64,000 nt of DNA. Source: Rhina ancylostomus. Its lineage: Eukaryota. The position numbers and the translations under genes are program-made. The stretch is from assembly GCA_030265395.1 (NCBI GenBank), contig JARFYF010000001.1, forward strand, positions 46,742,427-46,806,426. The letters run 5' to 3'. The notes beneath the pieces are model-generated. The model worked only from the letters and a program-made list of their open reading frames with translations. It did no database searches and had not been told where the DNA came from. Each line of letters opens with the position of its first letter. The stretch's first letter is position 1. This document shows, piece by piece, positions 30,301-42,300 of the stretch.

Positions 30301-33300
30301 TTCAATGATTTTCAGTTCCTCCTCTGCATAAATTAAAAGGGGTTATGTAAAATACAAGCCATTTTATTTGCATTATGCCAGAATGTTTCGTGTGCTATAG
30401 TTATTTACCTTGCACTTGTAATGATGCTGAACATTGTGCATGTTCTCCCCTGTGATTTGTTAGTGCTATTGTGTACATTCCTTGGTCCTCCATTTGTGAA
30501 TCCCTGATTCTAAGGGTAAAGACTAAATCTTTCTGGATCATGACATATTTTGGACTATCAAAAATAGTTTCATCACTTTTTAGCCATTTAGGTCTGGCAC
30601 CTTCAGTGTTAACTTCACAATTGAATACAATTTCTTGTCCTTCTCGAGCTATCTGGTCCTTGATGGGAGTTATTATCCTAAGATTTTCTGAAAAAAGAAA
30701 CAAAGATTTACTGAAAACAAGTAAAATCATTTAGATCAAGATTTAAATACTTTTAGCACATTGAAACTAACTTGAAGCTAGCATTAATATTTGGGTTGGA
30801 ATCTGCCAATATTTAAATGATGTAACCTGCCTCAAGTATTTATGTAGGCTGCATCGTATTTAACACATAGGGCCTGAAAAACACTTTCTACTCCAAAGAA
30901 AGTAAAAGCACTCTACTAGCATTCCATGTTCCATTTGAAACAAAATTCCCAAATGCAGCTACCAGAAAATGGCAGAAAAGGAATTTAAAAAAAAGTCATT
31001 AAGATCATTACTGTTTGTTCAACAGGTATTAAATGTCATCAGGATCCTGTGGTGGAAACAGTCACAATCATAAATATTTATATTAGCACACAGATTTACA
31101 TAACTGTGACTGTGGCTGATGAAATTAACCAGAACAAGTATCCTGGCCTGAGAAAAATGATGCAAGAGATTACATTTGCTGATCCATCTGCATCTGTCTA
31201 AGTATCCACCGAGTAGAGGGAGTTAAAATATCGTTCCCTATATATTTGACTTTCGTGACATAACTAAGTGTCACTATGACAATGCAATTCTCTCATTACC
31301 TGAAAATTGCCAAAATGTAGTTTACATGACTTACCAATAACTGCAAGTTCTGCTGTTGCTCTTGAGGTACCAATCATAACAGCATAAGTTCCTTCATCTT
31401 TTGGGATGGAATTATTGACAATGAGCACTCGTTTATTGCCATCAGATATGATTTCATATTTATCATTAGATTTAAGTTCTTCATCTCCTTTAAACCATTT
31501 CACTTCGTAAGTGTCTTTTGATAATGAGCAGACAAACTCTGCCTTGCTTCCTTCTAAAACCTCCAGATTTCGTGGTTTAGAAACAAATTCTGCTGCCAGT
31601 TCTATAATAAGAAATAACAAGACATATTAGAGTGGGTAATATTAAAAAGCAACTTGTATCAGAAAAGTAAACTCATATCAGAACAGTACATACCATTAAC
31701 TTGCAGTTGACAAGAAGTCCGAGCACCATTTTGGAGCCTACAATTATATTCACCAGCATCACCTGGATTAGTGTTCTGAATTACCAGAATTCGCTTTCTG
31801 CCTTCTATACGTTGTTCATATCTGCCAACTTCAGGTAACTCCACATCTCCCTTGTACCAAGTTACATCAGCATTTGGTTTGGAAACTTCACAAACCAGTT
31901 TGATTGTCTCTGTTTCAGTAACTTCAGCATTTGCGAGGTTCTTTGTAAAGGTAGCTTCCTCTTCTGCAAAACATGGCAAGTGGAAATGCATCAAGAAAAT
32001 GTAAAACTGGTTTCTAAAAGTTAAAATAATGCACTTGATTTAATCAATTACCTAAAACTGTAAGCAATCCAGAAGTTTTAGCAGTCTTTGCATCGCATTC
32101 ATATTCTGCTTCATCGTCAAAGCTACTTTTGTGGACAATAAGCATCCTCTCCACACCTTTAGCAACAATGTCATACTTCTTGCCTTTTCTTACTTCAACA
32201 CCATCCTTAAACCAACGCACCTGAAATTTTAAGAAATCCATAGTGAGGTGTTCAGAATAATTTCACAAATAATTTCAGAATACAGTGCAACATATTTATA
32301 AAATTCAAGGCACTATTCTCAAAACACACAAAAACAGATTCCTTTTTAGAGTTGTAGTAAATCTATTATTGATGAATTTTACTATAATAATTTGGTGCCT
32401 AGCACCCTGGTAACACCCAAGAGACAAATATTCAAAAAGATCAAAAGTGCCCATGTCCTTAGCATTTCTTTAAAAAATAGCAATTATCATGTTAATAATT
32501 GGATGAGTACATATATAACATCCACAGAGACAAATTTGACCAGGGACTCAGAACTTAACAATATCACAGACCGAAATGCATGTCGTAGGTAGTGTTCCTA
32601 TTAAAAAAAAACATATTCAACTGTAATTATCGAAAGGATGTGAGTTCAAGTCACAAAATAGTGTTAGAATGGAAGTTCAGGAATAGAAAAGAAGAGGTTG
32701 GCCAAGTCTGTGTTTCAAACTTCTAGTTTTTAAACTATTAACAAGATAAGAGACCTTTACATAATGCCTCAGCACCAGGACAAAAAGATAGTAGTCTTAT
32801 TCACAACAGATGGTAAGCATACAAATATATATGTTTCTTCTCTTGCCTTAGAGTAATAAAAGTGCATGTCAAGGTGAAAGCATAATAAACTCAGGATTAC
32901 CAAATGAATGAGAATTGATCAGAAGAATTTGTTTGGATATTCTTGAGAAAGTCAGTACAGGCAGTCCCCCGGTTATGAAAGGACTCCATTCCTGAGAACT
33001 GTCTATATGCTGACTTTTCTGTAAGTCAGGAACAGCCATTTTCTATAGCTACCCATGTCATTGAATAATCATCCTAACACTTCTCATATTTAAACTGATG
33101 GAAAATAATGAATACCATTAAACATTTTATTATTATTACTACTAGTTTGAAAGAGAATTTGTGTAAAGTAGTATTTTAAGTCAGGTCATTTGCAACCCAG
33201 GGAGCACCAATATAAAAGAAAAGGAGGTTTTTGTGGGGCAGGAATTTACAAAAGTAGTTGGAGAGCAAAGTCATCAGCTCTAAGAGCCAACTTGAAGGGA

Positions 33301-36300
33301 AGCAAAAAACAGTTAGGTAATCCAAGGAATATCTATCACATGTGTCAGTCATACTGAAGGGTAGAGAAGGCAAAGTTTCTGAGATTACTAAAACAATATT
33401 AAAAGGACGCTATGAGATATCCAAATAATGGTGAAAATTACTAAAATAAAGTGAAGGAGCCAGCAAAGGATAGTTGGTGGAACTAAGGAATGATGACAGC
33501 TTCTGCTTAGTACTGTTCAGCTTAAGGCAAATCAAAGGACTAATAAGCCCAGCTAGCTGTCTATCTGATCTGGTGCAGTTAATGGTATTTCTGTTTCAGA
33601 TCATATTCTCATTCATGTGTTATAGATGACTTAGGAATAAAGCATTCAGTGGAAATTTCTCAAAATATTATTTTCTGTCAAGTCTCTGGGAACTACCAGT
33701 AAACAAAATTGAATCACTTTTTTTCCTCTAGCATTACCCGGTGATTGTGGAGTCATAGATTATTAGTTTCTTCAGCATCAGAGGCAACCTGATGGGTCCT
33801 GAAGAAGGGTCCTGCCCGAAAAGTTGACTGCCTGCTTTTCTCCACAGATGCTGCCTGGCCTGCTGAGTTCTTCCAGCATCATAGTGTTTTTCATCTAGAT
33901 TCCAGCATCTGCAGTCATTTGTTTCTCTAGCATTCCTGTGAATCTTTTCTGCACTCTCTCTTGTTTAATCACATCCTTCCTATCGAGTGGTGACCGGAAC
34001 TGAACACAGTACTCCAACCGTAGCCGAGGCAAAAATTTGTACAGCTGCAACGTGACAACCCAACTCCTCTACTCAATGTCTTGGCTGATGAAGGCAAGTA
34101 CATCACACACCTTCTTCAACACTATCTACACATGTCTCCACTTTCAGGGATGTATATGTGTTAACACAGCAGCCTCCCTCAACAATAGTTTACAGGTAAA
34201 TTTTCCGAATTCTGCAATTGGATCCAAACACAGTTAGTGCAACAAACGAGGGCCAACTCCAATTCCTAGCCAATGAGTGTATAGTAAGTGCAATTTTTTA
34301 AGGGGTGTGCAGATATTGGAGGTGAACTCTCAAGGTATGACCTTTTAGAATCATTTATTAACAACACTTTATTTTGATGTAAATTCCAATATTTTGAAAT
34401 ATGCAATGAATGTCTATTATTTTTAATAGAATGCTTTCTGTTTGATATTACCCAAAACTCTTCTCAAACTTCAATTGAGAGGAACTAATTCTTTATCTTT
34501 CCATTAGAAGATTCCGTTACCCGAGTAGCAGGAAGTGACAAACTGTTGTGAGATTAAAATTTTGATCAAGGTTACTTGACATCAATGAAGGAATTCACAG
34601 TCAGTCCTACTGACTACAAGACCATTGCATCATTGACTATAGGACCATTACATGTTTGATTACAGAACTACTGCACCATTGATCATAGGACCCTTGATCT
34701 ATGACTACAAGACAATGCACCATTACTATAGTACAAATGCAGAAGAGTAGAAGGTAATACATTCTGCCTGTTCCTTATTTAGACCCTGATTACAATTTGT
34801 TCCCTGAAATACAATTATCAATTGCAGCTTTTTCAGCATTACTCAAGTACCTTTTTCATGAGAACTATACTAACAGCCATTTCCAGATTATTTTACATCA
34901 TTCAGTAAATTAGAACTGGACACTTCTGATTGTGGGTTGTCCTTGCAGCCCCTACACATTTTGTGCATCCAGGCCTCACTTGATAATGTAATGCCATGCT
35001 TAGAGCATTGCAGGGTAACCTGGATGGCATTGCCAAGGGGCATCCATCTTGGTATCACTCCAACAACTCTGACCTGTTTCCTTCTAACACTCAAGTCATT
35101 CCTCATTACCTTATAGTGGTGCATTGACCTCATGGAGGTGTACAAAATCATGAGGGGCATTGATAGGGTGAATGCACACAGTCTGTTTCCCAGGGAAAGG
35201 GAACCAAAAACTAGAGGGCATAGGTTTAAGGTGAGATGGAAAAGATTTTAAAAAAAACTTGAGGGGCAACTTCTTCATGCAGAGAGTGTTGTGTATGTGG
35301 AATGAGCTGCCAGAGGAAGTAGTTGAGGGAGGTACTATAACAACAGTTAAAGGACATTTGGAGAANNNNNNNNNNNNNNNNNNNNNNNNNNNNNNNNNNN
35401 NNNNNNNNNNNNNNNNNNNNNNNNNNNNNNNNNNNNNNNNNNNNNNNNNNNNNNNNNNNNNNNNNGCCTGGCCTGCTGAGTTCTTCCAGCATCATAGTGT
35501 TTTTCATCTAGATTCCAGCATCTGCAGTCCTTTGTTTCTCTAATACAATTTCTTGTTGAAGAATTTCCTCATACCAGAATTAAATTACACTTTGAGCAAT
35601 CTAATCAACAAGTTGACCTCAAAAAATGTGATTTTTTATTCAAAGCTACATGGTCTCATCCATTTATTACATAAATAGAAAATCAAGCTAATCCCCACAA
35701 ACCTAAAGGAAAGAAACTTAATACTTCTATCTAATTTGTCCTACTACATCCTCAGATAATGCTGAGTAAATACTGAAGTTGATATTGAATCTTAGTAGAT
35801 ACGAAGTTGCCTAGAAAACTCTCCATTTGCAAAATAATCATTGCAAAACAAAATACGAGAAAATTAGTACAAAACTATTGTTGTAACTGATTCATCAGGT
35901 CAGAATTAGACTCAGGCAAACTCTGTTGAATGAACAGTAAAAAAAAAATCCTCCTCTTTATCATCTGGGCACTGGAGCAAATAAAATGGTACTATGGAAA
36001 CTGAACAAAGTTCAGACTTAGGGAAGGTCAGATCACTCTCTTGGAAAGTGTACAGGATAATTTATTCTCCATGAAAACTTATTACCTTAAACTGTGATAG
36101 AAATAAAAGTGACAACATACAAGTCTCATACCTGTAAAGACATGTGAATAGAAATTCATCTCTGGTTGATTCTACTGTGTATGTTAATGTGGCAGAGGCA
36201 GTATATTGCACTTGTGTCCAAAATCCAGATGCATAGTGCATTAAATGCTTCTGACCAGGGATGAGTTTCTATGCACTGTTATCTAGTCTTTTGCTGAAAT

Positions 36301-39300
36301 TTAAATTAGTGTCTTCACTTACTAACATTATGAAAAAATGTAAACAAATAAAATGATTTTAAAAAGGGCAAACCTTTGCACTTTCACGGGAAACTTCACA
36401 TACAAATTTTGCTACTTCCTTTTCTTTCACCTCAAGATCAGTCAGAGGTTTTGTGAATTCAACATGAGGAGCTATGAAAGAAACAGAATCTTTTTAGCAG
36501 ATAAGACTGTAATTTATATTGGCATCAGTGCAGATCTAAAGAATGTAGCAAAATAGGAACCAAAGAACAGGAGAATGCCATATCGATCCTACTATTTTCC
36601 TGATATTTCCTGTAGTTCTTGTAATATAATTCCTAGTTCTGACCATCCTACAACCATGTATAAATAAAGGTGCCACACTGAATTTGGGCCTGCATAATTT
36701 ATGTGCTTATGTGGGCCATTAAAGCCAAAACATTTTTATGCTCTAATATTTGAAATATACATCACTTATTTCTTTCTCCAGGTTCTATTACCTAACACCT
36801 TATAGTTTTCCCTTTCCTGTAGTGCCTGAGGGACAATTTCTGAAAATTAGGCAACTCCATTCCCCTTTGGTTGTTTTAAAATTGTTATTATCTCTTTCCC
36901 TGAGTCTTCTCATCGACTTATGACCTCCAATATACACTTTCTACTCATTCCTGATTCTAGCACAATTCAAGCAAAGTCTCAGTGATACAATTCTTCGCAT
37001 TCCAAGTGCTGTTACTGGTGTCCCATGAAAGAGAACTCTCTCTTAGGAACAGAGTTGACGACATAATATTGCTTTGTTTCTACTGAGAAATTTTGGCCCA
37101 GTTTTTCTTTGTTTTTGTTTTATTTTTGTTTGCTTAGTTTATATTGTTTATATTTTTTTATATATTGATTTGGGTTTTTATCTTTTTTTAATGTATATAA
37201 TAAACCTTTTTTCTTTCCTTTCTTGTATACTTCCTTCATTAACTAAGAGATCGTTGGACTTTGTTTTTTCTATATTTTATTGTATGGTTATCTAAGATTT
37301 GAGTGATAACNNNNNNNNNNNNNNNNNNNNNNNNNNNNNNNNNNNNNNNNNNNNNNNNNNNNNNNNNNNNNNNNNNNNNNNNNNNNNNNNNNNNNNNNNN
37401 NNNNNNNNNNAAGATTGAAAAAAAAGAAAGAAACTCTCTTTCTCATAATGCTCTTTCAGTCACATGTTCACTGCCCTAATCTGTTTATCATATGAAGTTA
37501 TACAGCACGGAGATAGGCCCTTCGGCCCAACTGGTCCATGCCAACCAAGATGCCCCATCCAAGCTAGTTCCATTTGCCAGCATTTGGTTCATAACCTTCT
37601 AAACGTTTCCAATCCATGTACCTCTCCAACTGTCTTTTAAAAGTTGTTAGTGTATCTGCATCAGCCACTTCCTCTGTCAGCTTGTTCCACATAGATACCA
37701 CCCTTTGTGTAAAAAGGTTCCCCTCTCACCTTAAGTCTATGACCTCTAGTTCTTGATTCCCCGACCTTGGGAAAAAGACTGAGTGCATTCACCCTATCTA
37801 TGCCCCTCAGGATTTTATCCACAAAATCAACTGACTCATCTATTTATGCTAATTTATATGTGACTCACATAACAATTATAATTAAACACCCAAGATGTAG
37901 TTCTAATAATTTAGCTTTTAGAAATCTCCAAAAAGGACCTCTTCCTTGTATATTGGATAGTCTTCAACTCACAGTCCAACTCAGTGGTTTTGAACTAAGC
38001 TTGGAGACATGTACTGAAAATCTGCTCAAAAAGTGGAATAGCTATCCACAAATTCCCACATCCTGAAATTCAGAGACCCAATCTGTTCAGCCATTACTTT
38101 CTGTATAGTATTTATTTTTCTGGTCAGTAGGAACTTTTTTTCTTTCTTTACACACTAATTTTATTAAACTCTAAAACACCAGGTACATTTTAAACTATTT
38201 ACTCCTTCAAGCTTGCATGAACCACTATATATGAACAGGAGGCAAGTGACAGCACCTTCTCTCCCCCTCTGTATTAAATTCTTCTCTAACCAAATTCTCC
38301 ATTCTGAACATGGTGCATTATAGACTTACGTTCCACTGTGAGAAAACAAGAAGTCNNNNNNNNNNTTCAGGTTTGCAGTCATGGATAATAAGCTTTCGGA
38401 TTCTTCCATCAGCAATGATCTCATGCTTCTTGGTTTTATGAATTTCCTTTCCATCCTTTAACCAAGTAACCTCAGCATTCTCTCTAGACACCTCACACTC
38501 TAGTGTAGCTGTGGCTTCTTCTTCAACTGTTTGGTCCTCCAAAGGTTTTGTAAATTCAGCTGGAGGTTCTGTGAAAGATTTAAGTGAAAATTCATTGCAT
38601 AAATTACCAAATGTACTGTTGTGGAAAAACAATAGTTTGATATCTAGTTAAAGTGTTGCATCACTTACCTTTAACAATGAGCCTGGCAGATGTTGTGAAG
38701 TCTTTAGCAGTGAGTTTAACGTCACCAGCCTCATTTAATTGAACGTCTCTTAGGGTGAAAGTGTGCCTTCTGCCTTCGGCGCGAGTAACAACCTAATCCA
38801 AAATAAGTTTTAAACTGATAGCAACATAACAATACAATTACTTACCACGTTAAAAATATCAAAAATAACTCAAGGTAAACTCTATTTAATGCATTTCACT
38901 CTAAAACAAATTATCTAGTTCAAACTACCACTGCATTTTTGATCCTGATAATCTTTCATAGCTTTCAAAATGTGGGATTTATCAAACAATGCCACTAATA
39001 ATTTTAACTGCTACAAGATATTAAGAAATTATATTAAATTTCCATACATTTTATTTTCTAAATTTCTTAAATATTTCAGCTATCTGTAGTCTTCTGTTTA
39101 TTACATGCTAATATTTTCAAATGAATAATTGAAGCCTTAATCAGTTAATTGTAGATTTTTTTTGTTATTCCACTTTACAATCTCAGTTTTTTAGTACTCC
39201 AAAATTAATACTTAGTATTCCAAATGATAACAAATGATCTATTCATAGCAGCCAACCATGCACATGGAACTGGATGTATTGTTACAAAGTTAGTGCACCA

Positions 39301-42300
39301 TAGTGAAAACCTACTGCCAGTTCAAAATGTAGTGTTAATCTTAATAATACTTTAAATGTTGTTCTAAAGCATCACTAGTATTAAGATTAGGACAAGTAAT
39401 GATGTCCTTGTCCTAGTGATGTATATATTTAATTTTATTTGTTGTCAGACTATTTAAACATTTGCATTTCACTATTTCAGAAATTAATCTCTTGACTATC
39501 CTTTATTTTTCCTATGCCACATTAATGACATATTTTATTGTTTCACTGATAGTCAAATTTCAGATCAGTTCAAATGTAGTTCATTGGGCCATGTAAACCT
39601 GAGCAGAATTCATAGATTGAACTGCTGTATATTAAATCATTTATACAAAAATGGCAAACTAAATTAAGTAAATTTAGGGCATTCAATTTTACAATGATGG
39701 GTCTGTCGATGTTTCTGCAAATTATGGATACTTACATCCAGATAAACACAAATGGAGTTAAAATCATGATGTAAATTTTTCTTATCCATTGTAATAACAT
39801 ATCTCCTTTCATTGTTTTCAGTGAATGTAAAATCATCTTAAAAAACTAGGGATCAAGGGGTAAAATTAAATGTTCTATTTTGAAAAGGAGAACTGCAAAT
39901 TCACTTTAACCCCAGAAAGAATTGTACATATCTATGTACTGTTTCAAAGATAAGCATCTATTCTATTTGATGGAAGGACCTTGTTTTACAAAAGAAAGTA
40001 ATGATTGTTTCTTCTTGAAAAAGTGAAAACATGTTGATGTTAAGAAAATACATTTTTGCAAAATTATGTATAAGCTTCGTAATTGATAACAAAAGAGATA
40101 AGTACTTTTCATTGAAGTTATTTGATTATTCCTTTTCACATCAAGCAATCTTTAGAAGACATTGAGGCCTTACGTGCAAGACAAGAATGAGAGAACATTA
40201 TTGAAACATACAAAATTCTCTTTGGGCTTGACAGGGTAGATGAAGGATGATGTTTTCCTTGGCTGGGATGTTTGGAAGCACTATTCACAACCTCAAAATA
40301 AGATGTCAATCATTCAAGACAAAGATGAGAAGAAATCTCTTCACCTGGATGGTAATTAATCTTTGGATTTCTCAAACCANNNNNNNNNNNNNNNNNNNNN
40401 NNNNNNNNNNNNNNNNNNNNNNNNNNNNNNNNNNNNNNNNNNNNNNNNNNNNNNNNNNNNNNNNNNNNNNNNNNNNNNNCGAATCACTATTCAAAACCTC
40501 AAAATAAGATGTCAATCATTCAATACAAACATTATAAGAAATCTATTCAACTGGATTGTAATTCATCTTTGGATTTCTCAAACCAAGAGGGCTGTGGAGG
40601 CTTAGTCACTGAGTATATGATATTACTGAACATAGGAAGTCTGAGGGGATGAATGAACTTCTACTGCTTCCATTTTCTAATTTTTATGTTCTTAGTACAT
40701 ATTTTTACTGATTTTTAATCCAGTAGAATACAATGAATCAAAAAGTCAGCATTATATTTTAAATACTGCACATCAGCATTTAAGTGATTAAAAATAGCCA
40801 CAGAGGAACATGGCTTATTACATTGAACCCCAGTCAAATGTCTGATGTAGAATTACCATCCACCATAGCCCCTCAGTTCAGTGGATCTGTGGAGCCAGAT
40901 CTCTTGAAAATGTAGACAAAATACCTCTCAAATACTTTTAAGATTCCCATGAATTATAAAAGAATAAAGTAACAGCACAAAATATATATCAACATACTCT
41001 TTCACTGGGCTCAAGTAACTTGTTCTTCAAGAACCATTGGACTTCAATTCCTTCATAGGACAGTTCACAATCAAAAGAAGCCGAATGTCCAGCAGTTACT
41101 GTCACATCCTTAAGGGGCCGGAGTAAGCTGATCACTCGAGCTTAAGATGAAAAAGACATTATATACCTTTTAGTTTCAGAAGAACTGTTCCTTTAATTTA
41201 AAGTTCTCAGGAGACTGCAACCCTTTAACTCTCTGCACTTAAATTTAAAAGCTGTAATGCACATTCTATTTCTTCAAAAGCAATATGCCCAGCAGTAAAT
41301 CTGAGACCTTTGAGGCATCATTTTAACTGCTGATCATAGTTATTCTCATTGCTACTTGAGGCATTACGCCTAAAATTCAGAACTGAATGGTTAAATGACA
41401 GTGGCTTTGACAGCTGCCTGCTTCTGTCCATCAGCCTTACTGGCATTTTCAAAAATTGCAGGTCTGGTAATATATTTGACATCTATATGCAAATTACTAC
41501 TCCCAAGGGTAAAAATAACAAAGCATTGATGAAGGGTCTTGACTCAAAAACTGACTGTCCATTTTCCTCCATAGATGCTGCCTGACCCGCTGAGTTCCTC
41601 CAAGGCCTTGTGTGCTGCTACAAACAAAGCATTGGTTGGTTTTAGGCGGGAAGCTTACAGCTGTTCAGTAAATTCATGCCGCTTTGGATATTCATTAGTC
41701 AAAGCCAAATAAAATGTTGGGAAATCTTAATGGCTTATCAAGTGCAGTTTTTCTTGACTAGTCACAGTATTGGTAATGTAACATTAATCACACATCTACC
41801 TTTGACCCTCAAATGAGCATTGGTTTTGGCGTTAGCAGCCTGGAAATCAACTTCACCAGCTTGATCCATTTGCACGTTGTACAATATAAGAAAATGTTTT
41901 GTGCCTTCCTTTTTGATCTCACAGTCCTGAATTGTAATTAAACAAAGATAAAAGTTTTAAGGAAGGAATAGAGAAAAAAGGTAAAATTTAACCAATTTGC
42001 TAATATTAAAACTCACTGCAGAGGGGCGCAATTTCTCTCCCTTCAGTTTCCAATTGCCATGTACATCATCTTCAGAAATTTCTGTCTCAAAACGAGCAGT
42101 TTCTGTTTCTGTGACTTCAACACTGTACAGTGGACGCAATATCTTAATGTCACGTTCTGAAACAAAATAATAGAAAATGCTATCCTTCAAGAAACATGCC
42201 TTAATCTGTTTAAAATACACTTAATTTACTAAAAATGCAAGTTCTGAGTCATCTCAGTAAACAACTCTAAAAAGACATAGAATAAACAGGTTTTACAGCT

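Noticed and set aside
34611-34733. CRISPR-like array
   Set aside because: No unique spacers, degenerate units and a eukaryotic context.
38356-38365. Apparent frameshifts in titin exons (also ~46695 and ~52453)
   Set aside because: All coincide with 10-N placeholder gaps, so this is not pseudogenisation.
38840-38845. GTAAGT donor as an alternative internal first-exon end
   Set aside because: It would leave only a ~53-nt intron and has no convincing in-frame start.
40281-40585. Apparent ~100-bp direct repeat in a CR1 fragment
   Set aside because: Flanks a ~100-N gap; most likely overlapping low-quality contig ends.
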